A stretch of DNA of 64,000 nucleotides from Candidatus Latescibacterota bacterium (lineage in GTDB: Bacteria; Latescibacterota; UBA2968; GCA-2709665). Position 1 is the first letter of the stretch, and each line of letters opens with the position of its first letter. Location: positions 2,624,001 through 2,688,000 of the forward strand of contig OZ220733.1 of the NCBI GenBank assembly GCA_965116875.1. The letters are read 5' to 3'. Position numbers and translations under genes: made by a program. The notes under the pieces are model-generated. The model searched no databases, was not told the DNA's origin, and saw only the letters and a list, made by a program, of their open reading frames with translations. Below, one piece after another: positions 7,940 through 17,428 of this stretch.

Positions 7940-10900
7940 ATGGACACAGCAACGACCTATGTCGCCCCGAGGACATGCACTGTAGTCGACGAAGGCGGGG
8001 TAGCGGGCGACGCGAAAGATGGCGCGGCGCCGTTGAGCGACTACGCGGACGTGGCGTCGTACGTGCTGATTGCCGAACCTGGAGCTGGCAAGACTACGGC
8101 ATTCAAGGCCGAGGCAACCAGCCATGGGGGTGTATATGTCACAGTTCAGAACTTTCTGACTTTTGACGATAATCCGGAGTGGCATGACGCCACGCTGTTT
8201 CTGGATGGGCTCGATGAGTCGCGCGCCGGAGTACAGGATGGCCGGACGCCTCTTAACGACGTCCGAAGGAAGCTGGATCGCCTGGGATGCCCGCCCTTCC
8301 GCCTGTCCTGCCGGTGGGCTTTTTGGATGGCGGCAACTGATAAGAAGGCGTTGAAAGACGTCTCGTCTGACGGCACGGTCATTGTGGTTCGGTTGGATCC
8401 CCTATCGGAACAAAACATCAAGGCCATACTCGCTAAGAACCACGGCGTTGAGGACGCCGATGACTTCGTCAAGGCAGCGCAGGAGCGTGGGGTGGATCGG
8501 CTGCTGAGAAACCCCCAGAACCTTGACCTTATTGCCAAGTCCGTCTCACGAGGAAAATGGCCGGATTCCCGCAAGGACACATTCGATCAAGCTTGCTGGA
8601 TGCTCGCTCGCGAGCCGAACGGAGAGCATATGGCGGCGAACCCGTCCAGTGCAGACACGGGCCTGTTGATCGACGCGGCCGGACGGCTGTGTGCGGCGCA
8701 GCTCATTTCCGGTGCGGTGGGGTATAGTCTGCCTGACAGGGCGGAGCCTGACGGAGACTTTCCTTTCTTCACGAAAGTCTACGGAGAGATCGGTTATAAC
8801 AACGCGAGGAACGTCCTGGGAACGCGCCTGTTTGTGGGAGTGTCTGAAGGAAAGCTGGCGCCGGCACACAGGCAAGTCGCGGAGTTTCTGGCGGCCAAGT
8901 ATGTCTCCGGCCTACTCGATGCAGGTCTCCCTTTGGGCCGAGTTCTTGCCCTGATCATAGGTTTCGACGGAGAACTGGTGCCATCGTTCAATAACTTCGC
9001 ATCGTGGTTGGCCGTGTTAAACAAACGATCCAGAAGAGTGCTTAGCCGTATGGATCCCAGCGGTATGATATATGCCGGCGACCGCAAGACGTACTCGGTC
9101 GAAGAGAAGCGGGAAATCGTGTTGAACCTGCGCCGGGAGTCCTATTGGAACCCGTGGTGTACACGGTCACTGTCCATGACGCGTGGCATCGGCGGGATCG
9201 TATCGCCTGAAATTGAAGAGACGTTCCTAGAAATCCTGACAGAAAGCGAGCGGGGCCGCGAGTACCAGTCCTATGTGATGCTCCTGATGCAGATGCTGGC
9301 CGATGGCGAGCCACTTCCGGCACTTTCAGACGTGGTGGAGCAGGTCGTGCGCGATAGTACATGGAATATGGGCGTCCGATGTGCGGCTCTCGACGTGCTG
9401 ACCAGTTACCACTCCCAAGGGCGAATCGACTCCGCAGGGCTTAAGAGAACGGTGGCCGATATCGACGCCGGCTTACTCGATGACCCGCAGGACGAACTCC
9501 TAGGAATCTTGCTGAAGGCGCTCTACCCGAACGCTCTGTCAATAGCGGAAGTTCAGCGGTACTTGAAGAAACCGAAGCTCGTCGACAGAACCGGTGAGTA
9601 TGTCGACTTCTGGACGAAACACGTCCCCGAGGAATCCACGCCGGAACAGTTAGCTGAGCTGCTGGACGGAATCGTGGAGCGATTCGAAGAGTACAGGCCG
9701 TTCATGATAAGTGACGTCGGCCGGATGACGGATCTGAGCCAACTACCGGTGAAGCTCTTGGATCGGGTTCTGACGGATATTCGCCGGAGTAATCCCCGTG
9801 GCAGCGTCGCCGTAGACCGACTTTATGAGTGGCTGGGTGTGGTCTCGGACCCAGGTCTACGTTTGCCGGAGCCGCAAACCGAGCACATCAGGTTTGATTT
9901 GGCCTGGGATGCAGAGTCGCTAAAGGCCCTTATAACCTATGGTGTCGAGACATGCGTACGCACGGGCGAAGAATGCGAGGATTTGGTTGACCGGCGCCTG
10001 TTCGGAGCTCGCCCGTGGAGATACGGTCAGTGGTGCCTGGACATGGCACTGGGCGCCGACGAGGGCAAGGTAGCGTCCTTCTATATCCAGGAACTCATCA
10101 ACTGCGTGGAGGACGGGTCCCGCGCTGACGGGTTGACTTTAGAAGGGGCCCGTGCGGGTTTTGCTGGGGATCGGGCGTTGACGGACCAGTTCGACGAGAT
10201 TGTAGCACGTGGGTCAAGCGACGATGGCCAAGCGGAACGCTCCCCAGGACATGCATCTACGGCCGAAATGGGGTCGGCTGAGGACACCGCAGGCCAACGG
10301 ATCTGGCAGGCGGAGACTGAGGCGCAGGCTACAGAATTGCAATCAGGGCGCGGTGCACCTGATCTGCTCCATCGGGCAGCTGAGGCTTACCTGGGCGTCC
10401 ACGACACCTTTGCGGGGAAGTCTGCTCGGCAGCGTCTGGACGATCTCGTCGGCAGTCGTGCTGATTTGATTGACCTGCTTCTATCTGGGATGGAAGGGTC
10501 CATCACACGGGAGGATCTACCGGACTGCGACGACGTCGTGCGGCTGTACGACCGGAACCGTGTTAATGTATTGGTGATGCCTTTCGTGGCCGGGCTGCAT
10601 AGCTTGGAACAAGCGGGCAGGCTTCTGGACGACGGCCTGAACGGGAGCCAGATCCGCCTGGCAGTGACGGTTCTATATCTGCTTCCTCGGCGATTCGTCG
10701 ACCCGGACAGTAACGACGGGAGTAGCGTGTACCGACCGGCGTGGTTTCGATCCGTTCTTCGTGACAATCCGGCGTTGGTCGCTGGTGTGGTACGCCGTAG
10801 TGCTGGTCTGAAGCTTGAGAGCGGCGTGCAGTTGCCTATCGAACTACACGAGTTGGCCAAAGCCGAGGATCATCGGGAGGTCGCCAAAATGGCTTCCCTG

Positions 10901-12049
10901 TCCGTGCTTGAAGATTTCCCGAAGGTGGAGACGGATGAGGCCCTGCAGGCGCTTTGTTGGACGCTCCACGCGGCACTGGAGACCTGCGACTGGCTGGCTG
11001 TGGGCAGAGTGATCGAAGATCGAATCGAGAAAGGCGGACGGGGGGTGGCGCAGCGCGGATGCTGGTTGGCGGCGGGATACTTCGTCGAGCCTAAACGATA
11101 CCGGGATGACCTTCGGAGTATGTCGGACGACGTAGAGGGATTGAGGTCGCTCGCGAGGTTCGTGGCGGCGGGAAGATTCCCGAAGGAATTCACCCGAAAA
11201 TTCGCCCCGGGCGATTTCGTACCGATCGTCACAGTGCTCGGTGCGGCACTTCGAGGTGAAGTTTTATCGAAAGAGGCGTATTGGAAGGTTTCCGATCTGA
11301 TTGATACCCTCGCCGAGGATCCAAGTGCCGCCGCTACGGATGTAATTGAGGCGCTATCGAACCTGTCCGACGTTGAACCTTGGGAGCCCGCGACAGCTGA
11401 CGCAAAGGAACGTCAGGCGCGGAAACGGCGGGAGCACGAGTACCGACATAGTGAAATCGAGAAGGTAGTCCAGACCCTCGACGGAGGTCCTCCGGCGAAT
11501 GCGGCGGACCTCGCGACGCTCGTGTCACAGGAACTAACGGCTCTATCCCTCAAGATTCGCGATGGAAGCACCTCGGACTGGCGCCAGTACTGGAACGTCA
11601 ATCCATACAATCGACCGACTGATCCAAAACCGGAGGATGCCTGCCGTGACACGGTGCTTTCCGATCTGCAGGAACGGATCGGAAGGTTTGAAATCGACGC
11701 GCAGCCGGAGGGAGTTTACGCCGAAGACAAGAGGTCGGACATCCGCGTCAGCTACGGCGGGTTCAATGTTCCGGTGGAGATCAAGCGAAGCTGCCACAGA
11801 GACCTCTGGATGGCGGTCAAGAGTCAGTTGGTCGCAAAATACACTCGAGACCCCGGGGCCGCAGGGTATGGTATTTACTTGGTGTTCTGGTTCGGTGACA
11901 CGGAGAAATGTCGGCCCATAAAGTGCGGCGACTGGACTCCCGAGACGGCAGCTGAGGTGAAGACGAAGATCGAGGAGTCATTGGACGATCAGGAGGGGCG
12001 TTTGATTTCGGTGTGTGTGGTGGACGTCTCGAAGCCGCGCTTGGCCTAG
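7940..12049 (+). CDS. STAND/NACHT NTPase (NLR/Avs-like) with long helical region and C-terminal PD-(D/E)xK nuclease
   Basis: Walker A AEPGAGKTT, Walker B LFLDGLDE, LSCR sensor, NPQNL, HRQVAEFLAA winged-helix motif; C-terminal RSDI..PVEIK..QLVAKY..GIYLVFWFG. Confidence 0.85.
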   Translation: MDTATTYVAPRTCTVVDEGGVAGDAKDGAAPLSDYADVASYVLIAEPGAGKTTAFKAEATSHGGVYVTVQNFLTFDDNPEWHDATLFLDGLDESRAGVQDGRTPLNDVRRKLDRLGCPPFRLSCRWAFWMAATDKKALKDVSSDGTVIVVRLDPLSEQNIKAILAKNHGVEDADDFVKAAQERGVDRLLRNPQNLDLIAKSVSRGKWPDSRKDTFDQACWMLAREPNGEHMAANPSSADTGLLIDAAGRLCAAQLISGAVGYSLPDRAEPDGDFPFFTKVYGEIGYNNARNVLGTRLFVGVSEGKLAPAHRQVAEFLAAKYVSGLLDAGLPLGRVLALIIGFDGELVPSFNNFASWLAVLNKRSRRVLSRMDPSGMIYAGDRKTYSVEEKREIVLNLRRESYWNPWCTRSLSMTRGIGGIVSPEIEETFLEILTESERGREYQSYVMLLMQMLADGEPLPALSDVVEQVVRDSTWNMGVRCAALDVLTSYHSQGRIDSAGLKRTVADIDAGLLDDPQDELLGILLKALYPNALSIAEVQRYLKKPKLVDRTGEYVDFWTKHVPEESTPEQLAELLDGIVERFEEYRPFMISDVGRMTDLSQLPVKLLDRVLTDIRRSNPRGSVAVDRLYEWLGVVSDPGLRLPEPQTEHIRFDLAWDAESLKALITYGVETCVRTGEECEDLVDRRLFGARPWRYGQWCLDMALGADEGKVASFYIQELINCVEDGSRADGLTLEGARAGFAGDRALTDQFDEIVARGSSDDGQAERSPGHASTAEMGSAEDTAGQRIWQAETEAQATELQSGRGAPDLLHRAAEAYLGVHDTFAGKSARQRLDDLVGSRADLIDLLLSGMEGSITREDLPDCDDVVRLYDRNRVNVLVMPFVAGLHSLEQAGRLLDDGLNGSQIRLAVTVLYLLPRRFVDPDSNDGSSVYRPAWFRSVLRDNPALVAGVVRRSAGLKLESGVQLPIELHELAKAEDHREVAKMASLSVLEDFPKVETDEALQALCWTLHAALETCDWLAVGRVIEDRIEKGGRGVAQRGCWLAAGYFVEPKRYRDDLRSMSDDVEGLRSLARFVAAGRFPKEFTRKFAPGDFVPIVTVLGAALRGEVLSKEAYWKVSDLIDTLAEDPSAAATDVIEALSNLSDVEPWEPATADAKERQARKRREHEYRHSEIEKVVQTLDGGPPANAADLATLVSQELTALSLKIRDGSTSDWRQYWNVNPYNRPTDPKPEDACRDTVLSDLQERIGRFEIDAQPEGVYAEDKRSDIRVSYGGFNVPVEIKRSCHRDLWMAVKSQLVAKYTRDPGAAGYGIYLVFWFGDTEKCRPIKCGDWTPETAAEVKTKIEESLDDQEGRLISVCVVDVSKPRLA

Positions 12050-12402
12050 GGTTGAACCATCAACGTGAGAAAGTCGAAGTAACGACGTCGCTTCGCACGC
12101 GCCGGCACTTCGCGGTCCGACCGCAGCACCTTGGAGGTCCCGCGCGGGATCTCTACCAACCAAAGACCCCTGCGTGTCATTATCTCCAACATCGGTTCTT
12201 GACCGCATCTCGTACTCTCCTCTACGCCAATATACCACATTAAACTCGGAGGGAAAGTCGTCTCACTCTATATTCACACGTCGGGCCACCTTCGCCGAAG
12301 CTCGCGTGACAATGCGGTGGATAAGATTATCGTTGTTGAAAAGAAGCAATTTAAGATGGAATTTGACAGTCCGAAGCAAGCCGAATAAAGGCAGATAGTC
12401 GA

Positions 12403-12852
12403 ATGGCAGACCTGGACCTCACTCAATCAGAAGCAGACGCTTTGATTGAGATGGAAAAACATCGTGTAAATGATGATCAGACTAACTTCCCGATGGGAGG
12501 CGAGTCGGTTGTCGTTCCCCTTCAGTCCGTCGACCGGAGAGAGCAATTCCTGCTAGACTTGAGTCGTGCGAGCATCAATCTCTCCAAAGTCAAATTGCAG
12601 ACTCGCGGGCGGCAAGTGGTCGTATTGGTCCGACTGGATTTGGGTGGTGCGCCACATCGAAACCCGGATGGCGAGGAAGTACCGGTGCCGCACCTGCACA
12701 TTTACCGTGAAGGCTTCGGCGACAAGTGGGCATTTCCCGTTCCCACCGAAGGGTTTCGAAAAGTCGGCGATGTCTGGACAACTTTCGAAGACTTCCTGCA
12801 GTACTGCAACGTTACGCGACCGCCAAACGTCGAACGGGGGCTCTTCACATGA
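12403..12852 (+). CDS. DUF6978-like protein
   Basis: [14 protein letters not shown] and [21 protein letters not shown] pattern; ATGA-coupled to the next gene. Confidence 0.7.
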   Translation: MADLDLTQSEADALIEMEKHRVNDDQTNFPMGGESVVVPLQSVDRREQFLLDLSRASINLSKVKLQTRGRQVVVLVRLDLGGAPHRNPDGEEVPVPHLHIYREGFGDKWAFPVPTEGFRKVGDVWTTFEDFLQYCNVTRPPNVERGLFT

Positions 12853-13613
12853 TTCACGAAATTAAAAATCTCATCGACGAGTATTATGCCTGGCTTAAGG
12901 ACAAAACAGTCCTGAACCAGATCGACCAGTGGGTCGAGATCACCACACCATATCTGGATCGACACAACGATTATTTGCAGATCTATGCAAAGGAATCCAA
13001 CGGTGGGTTCGTGTTAACGGACGACGGATATACCATTGAGGATCTTGCCCATAGTGGTTGCAATCTCGAAAGTCCCAAGCGTCAAGATCTACTCCAGATG
13101 ACACTCAATGGTTTTGGCGTCCAAATAGACGGACGTGCGTTACAGGTCAATGCGTCAGCCGAAAATTTCGCAATGCGCAAACACAATCTCTTGCAGGCGA
13201 TGCTCGCCGTCAACGATATGTTTTACATGGCGGCACCCACCGTAGCGAATATCTTCTATGAAGATGTAGAGGCTTGGCTTGATCGACACGATATTCGCCA
13301 TACGCCAAAGGTAAAGTTCACCGGAAGAACTGGATTCGATCACCTATTTGATTTCGTGATTCCAAAGTCCCGGCAGAAGCCGGAACGGCTGATTCAGACC
13401 GTCAACCGACCGAGTCGTTCTAACGCTCAGGCAGTGGTGCTCTCGTGGATCGACACAAAAGAGGTCCGTACGTCCGGATCGATTGTTTACGCTTTGCTTA
13501 ATGACTCCGAAAAAAAGGTGGACCACACAGTGATGGCCGCGCTTCGGATCTACGACGTCAAACCGGTGGTGTGGAGCCAGCGAGAAGACTCCCGAATGGA
13601 ATTGGCGGCTTGA
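12849..13613 (+). CDS. DUF1828/DUF1829 domain protein
   Basis: [24 protein letters not shown] (DUF1828-like) and [16 protein letters not shown] (DUF1829-like); start 12849 overlaps the upstream stop. Confidence 0.8.
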   Translation: MIHEIKNLIDEYYAWLKDKTVLNQIDQWVEITTPYLDRHNDYLQIYAKESNGGFVLTDDGYTIEDLAHSGCNLESPKRQDLLQMTLNGFGVQIDGRALQVNASAENFAMRKHNLLQAMLAVNDMFYMAAPTVANIFYEDVEAWLDRHDIRHTPKVKFTGRTGFDHLFDFVIPKSRQKPERLIQTVNRPSRSNAQAVVLSWIDTKEVRTSGSIVYALLNDSEKKVDHTVMAALRIYDVKPVVWSQREDSRMELAA

Positions 13614-13692
13614 GCGTCAGGTCTCGCTACTCTTCGTCAAAACCTGCCACAGCCTGCCCATCATCCCTCGAACCCGAAAAAACACTACCATT

Positions 13693-13735
13693 TACTCAAT
13701 ACATTGAGTATAATTACTCATTATGTTGAGTAATT
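13693..13735 (+). promoter_or_regulatory. Tandem palindromic operators TACTCA-N6-TGAGTA overlapping a TATAAT -10 box and the start codon
   Basis: TACTCAATACATTGAGTA (13693-13710), AATTACTCATTATGTTGAGTAATT (13712-13735), TATAAT at 13709-13714. Confidence 0.7.
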
Positions 13736-14931
13736 TGTCATATACGCGTCCGCACGGGGAGGACCTGCTGCGTCGTTTGCACGAGCCGCGCCGGTTTATT
13801 CAGGTGATTACCGGGGCGAGGCAGGTGGGCAAGACGACCCTGATCACGCAGGTTGCGGAGAAAACGGGGTTGCCGTATCGCTACGCAAGCGCAGACGAAC
13901 CCACGTTGCGCGGCTCGGAGTGGATCGCCCAGCAGTGGGACGCCGCGCGGCTTCTCGAGGGCGACGCGGGGGACGACGGCGCGCTTCTCATCCTTGACGA
14001 GGTACAGAAGGCGCCGAACTGGTCCGAGGTGGTCAAGCGGCTGTGGGACGAGGATACGCGGAGCCGGCGACGGTTGAAGGTCGTGTTGTCGGGTTCAGCG
14101 CAACTTCTGATCGGGCGCGGACTCACCGAGAGCCTCGCCGGGCGTTTCGAACGGCTCCACGTACCGCACTGGAGCTTTCTTGAAATGCGGACCGCGTTTG
14201 GCTGGTCCCTGGAGCGATTCCTGTTCTACGGAGCCTATCCTGGCGCGGCGCCTCTGGCGGCGGAGCCGGCGCGATGGTCCCGGTACATCAGGGATTCGCT
14301 CATCGAAACGACGATCTCCCGGGACGTCCTTCTCCTCTCCCGGGTGGACAAACCGGCCCTGTTGCGCCGGTTGTTCGAATTGGGTTGCGCCTATTCAGGG
14401 CAGATCCTTTCCTATTCGAAGATGCTGGGCCAACTCCACGACGCGGGCAACACCACAACGCTGGCCCACTATCTCGACTTCCTGGGCGTCGCGGGGATGC
14501 TCGGCGGCTTGCAGAAGTACGCCGGGGCCGCCGTGCGGCGTCGGAGTTCCAGCCCGAAGTTTCAAGTCTTCAACACGGCCCTGATGACCGCCGGGTCGGG
14601 CCTCACCTTCGCCCAGGCGCGAGCCGACCGGGAGTTCTGGGGAAGATTGGTTGAATCCGCTGTAGGTGCGCATCTGGTGAATTCCGCCGCCGGTGGCTCA
14701 TGTGAGGTCTTCTACTGGCGCGACCGCAACCGCGAGGTGGATTTCGTCGTGCGCGCGGGACGGACGGTCACCGCGATAGAGGTAAAGAGCGGAAGAGCAG
14801 GTCACGTCCCTTCGGGAATGGCGGGCTTTGCCGAGGCCTTTCGACCGACTCGCAGCCTGCTCATCGGAGGCGACGGCATTGCGGTCGAAGAGTTCCTCTC
14901 AAGACCGGTAGAGCATTGGACAAATGCATGA
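13723..14931 (+). CDS. AAA_14 ATPase with DUF4143 (C-terminal PD-(D/E)xK-like) domain
   Basis: GARQVGKTT, LILDEVQ, ESLAGR, FYWRD..EVDFVV..AIEVKSG. Confidence 0.9.
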   Translation: MLSNLSYTRPHGEDLLRRLHEPRRFIQVITGARQVGKTTLITQVAEKTGLPYRYASADEPTLRGSEWIAQQWDAARLLEGDAGDDGALLILDEVQKAPNWSEVVKRLWDEDTRSRRRLKVVLSGSAQLLIGRGLTESLAGRFERLHVPHWSFLEMRTAFGWSLERFLFYGAYPGAAPLAAEPARWSRYIRDSLIETTISRDVLLLSRVDKPALLRRLFELGCAYSGQILSYSKMLGQLHDAGNTTTLAHYLDFLGVAGMLGGLQKYAGAAVRRRSSSPKFQVFNTALMTAGSGLTFAQARADREFWGRLVESAVGAHLVNSAAGGSCEVFYWRDRNREVDFVVRAGRTVTAIEVKSGRAGHVPSGMAGFAEAFRPTRSLLIGGDGIAVEEFLSRPVEHWTNA

Positions 14932-14957
14932 AATATGTTCAATCGCAACGAAACCCA

Positions 14958-15499
14958 GGGCACCCACAAGGGGTGCCCCTACAACATCACGGTCGTTCGT
15001 GGAGGAATGCGGTGGAGAGGTACAGGCGAATCCGGACGATAGGCCAATCCTGGTTTTTCGATGAATTGGGAACATCTGTTGCAAATGATTCACCACCTGC
15101 TCGGAAATGTTCCAATTGTAGGGGCGCCCCTTGTGGGTGCCCGCCTTCCTGATCGCAATGGTCGCCGCAGCGAAACCCAGGGCACCCACAAGGGGTGCCC
15201 CTACGACGTCACGGTCGTTCGTAGGTGGGTGAGGGGGAGAGGTACAGGCGAATCCGGACGATAGGCCAATCCTGGTTTTTCCGATGAATTGGGTACATTT
15301 GTTGTAAATGTCTGACCACGTACGCGAAATTGTTCCAATTGTAGGGGCGCCCCTTGTGGGTGCCCGCCTGTCACGACATCCGAATAATTGCCTGGGATAA
15401 CACATTCGTAGGGGCGCCTCTTGTGGGCGCCCGCCTGCCTCGGCAACCGAATAATTGCCTGAGATAACACATTCGTAGGGGCGCCCCTTGTGGGCGCCC
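14958..15499. repeat. BIME-like mosaic REP array upstream of the RAYT gene (6 REPs)
   Basis: REPs at 14958-14982(-), 15118-15142(+), 15180-15204(-), 15341-15365(+), 15408-15432(+), 15475-15499(+); two ~135-bp conserved linkers and a 67-bp tandem period. Confidence 0.92.
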
Positions 15500-15621
15500 G
15501 GTCTTTCCGAAAAATTGGTATCAATCCGGAAAAATTGGCACGACGGTTGCAATATTGAAGGAAGTCCGCCAGATGACGGAGATTGTAAATGCGCCTGTTT
15601 TGGGCGCCACAACGGGAACCA

Positions 15622-15646
15622 GGGCAACCACGAGGGTTGCCCCTAC
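15622..15646 (-). repeat. REP variant B immediately upstream of the RAYT start
   Basis: Reverse complement GTAGGGGCAACCCTCGTGGTTGCCC. Confidence 0.85.
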
Positions 15647-15657
15647 GAAGGATAGGC

Positions 15658-16266
15658 GTGTACAATCCGGACATCCACAATCGCAGGTCGATGCGACTGA
15701 AGGGATACGACTATTCGAAGGCAGGGGCGTACCTCGTAACCATTGTCGCGAAGGGTCGATTAGCGCTGTTTGGTGATGTGGTTGATGGCAAGATGCGGTC
15801 GAATCCCGTGGGAGAAATGGTAAAAAGAACATGGTTGGAAATGCCCAGTCGATTCCCAGCTATCGTTTTGGACGAATTTATCGCCATGCCAAACCACGTT
15901 CATGGAATCATCATCCTGCCACGTGCGAGGCTTGGGGACGGCCCAGCAGCTAAAGGTGGTCCGGACATCGATATAGAAGCCAGGGCAACCACAAGGGTCG
16001 CCCCTACAAAGGATGGGCGCACGAGACTGGGGGATGTGGTCGGCGCATTTAAATCATTGACAACATTGGAATATATACGTGGCGTGCGCGATATGAACTG
16101 GCCACCGTTTGCGGGGCAGTTGTGGCAGCGGAATTTCTACGAACATGTCGTTCGGACCGACGTTTCGTTGCAGAAATATCGCAAGTATATAGTTGACAAT
16201 CCGGTACAATGGCCGTTTGATCGTGAGAACCCGAAGGCCGCAGGTCCCAGGTCTCATTCGACATAG
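15658..16266 (+). mobile_element. REP-associated tyrosine transposase (RAYT/TnpA-REP, Y1 HUH family)
   Basis: YNPDIHNRRSMRLKGYDYS, MPNHVHGII (HUH), WQRNFYEHVVR, YIVDNP (catalytic Tyr); GTG start after an AAGGA RBS; flanked by REPs. Confidence 0.93.
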
Positions 16267-16306
16267 GCATCGATATCCCGGCCGTCACCTCAATGCGGAC
16301 AGACCA

Positions 16307-16557
16307 GGGCACCCACAAGGGGTGCCCCTACGACGTCACGGTCGTTCGTAGGTGGGTGAGGGGGAGAGGTACAGGCGAATCCGGACGATAGGCCAATCCT
16401 GGTTTTTCGATGAATTGTGAACATCTGTTGCAATTTCAGACCACATGCGTGAAATTGTGCGAATTGTAGGGGCGCCCCTTGTGGGTGCCCGCCTGTCTCG
16501 ACATCCGAATAATTGCCTGGGATAACACATTCGTAGGGGCGTCCCTTGTGGGCGCCC
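16307..16557. repeat. REP array downstream of the RAYT gene (3 REPs)
   Basis: REPs at 16307-16331(-), 16466-16490(+), 16533-16557(+), with the same ~135-bp and 42-bp linkers. Confidence 0.92.
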
Positions 16558-16663
16558 GTTTCAGGTCGGCGACGGAAGCGTACAGAGATATCCGGGAGCA
16601 GTCCGGCCCCGCTCCCGGATGATGAACGGAACACATCGATTCGACCGGCCCGACCCGGCCGAT

Positions 16664-17428
16664 TCACCCGGTCGCACACTCCCAACAGGTCACTCTGAAT
16701 CCCTCTCCCTTCAACGCCACGGCCCCCGCAAAGCCGCGCCCGGGCGCCAGGGCCCGCATAAACCATTCGGAAGGCGCCGTTGGGTCATCGTCAACGTGCA
16801 GCAGGGCCGCGGGCTCCCACGGTCGCAGCGAGACTTCGAATCCATCCAGGGGGCACGCAAGCCCCGTCCCCAACGCCTTGATATACGCCTCCTTGCGGGT
16901 CCAGCAGTTGAAAAACGCCTCGTACTGGACCTCTGGGGGCAGCGCCCGGATCGCGGCGACTTCGCCGGTCGCGAAATAACGGCCCGCCAGCCGCAGGTGC
17001 TCCTTCACCTCCCGTATACGTTCAACGTCTACGCCGATTCTCCGTGCCCGGATCACCGCGAGAAGAGCGAGGTCGCCGGAGTGGGAGAGGTTGAAGCGCA
17101 ACCGGTCTCCATCCGAACCCTTTTTCAAGAACGGCTTGCCGCGCGATCCATAGCCGAATTCCAGCCGTTTTGGATCCATCCCCACGTACCGCCCAAGAAT
17201 TCTCCTGAGAAACGCCCGGCCGACAATAAAACGCGCCCGGTGTCTGTCAAAGACGAACCGGGCGGCGCGGGCGGTTTCGTCTTCGGAAAGCACACCCCGT
17301 AACTCCTGGACCTCCGGTGCCGGCCGGTCCAGATTCATTCGCCAGACTTGAATCTCGTGGTCCGATGCCACCGGACGTTCGGGCGGTCGGCGCCAGATAT
17401 CGGTTGCCGATCGGTTGGGTTGACTCAC
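16664..17428 (-). CDS. Sfp/HetI-type 4'-phosphopantetheinyl transferase
   Basis: [31 protein letters not shown]; GTGA overlap with the upstream gene. Confidence 0.9.
   Translation of the reverse strand: MSQPNRSATDIWRRPPERPVASDHEIQVWRMNLDRPAPEVQELRGVLSEDETARAARFVFDRHRARFIVGRAFLRRILGRYVGMDPKRLEFGYGSRGKPFLKKGSDGDRLRFNLSHSGDLALLAVIRARRIGVDVERIREVKEHLRLAGRYFATGEVAAIRALPPEVQYEAFFNCWTRKEAYIKALGTGLACPLDGFEVSLRPWEPAALLHVDDDPTAPSEWFMRALAPGRGFAGAVALKGEGFRVTCWECATG

Noticed and set aside
12046-12398. Small ORFs between the STAND gene and the DUF6978 gene
   Set aside because: No motif, RBS or coupling evidence; treated as intergenic.
14899-15680. Minus-strand ORFs with repeated HKGRPY/RAPTRGAPT peptides (also 518-1288 and 16290-16766)
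   Set aside because: These are translations of REP repeats, not real proteins.
15658-16266. IS200/IS605 element with TnpB or an omega RNA
   Set aside because: No tnpB/iscB is adjacent; the sequence motifs and REP context fit a RAYT.
14958-16557. CRISPR array
   Set aside because: Repeats alternate in orientation, the spacers are conserved copies rather than unique, there are no cas genes, and GTAG hairpins beside a RAYT identify them as REPs.
1-16557. Prophage or integrative element as the carrier of the island
   Set aside because: No integrase, tRNA, att-like site or phage structural gene is visible; the left boundary may lie outside the window.
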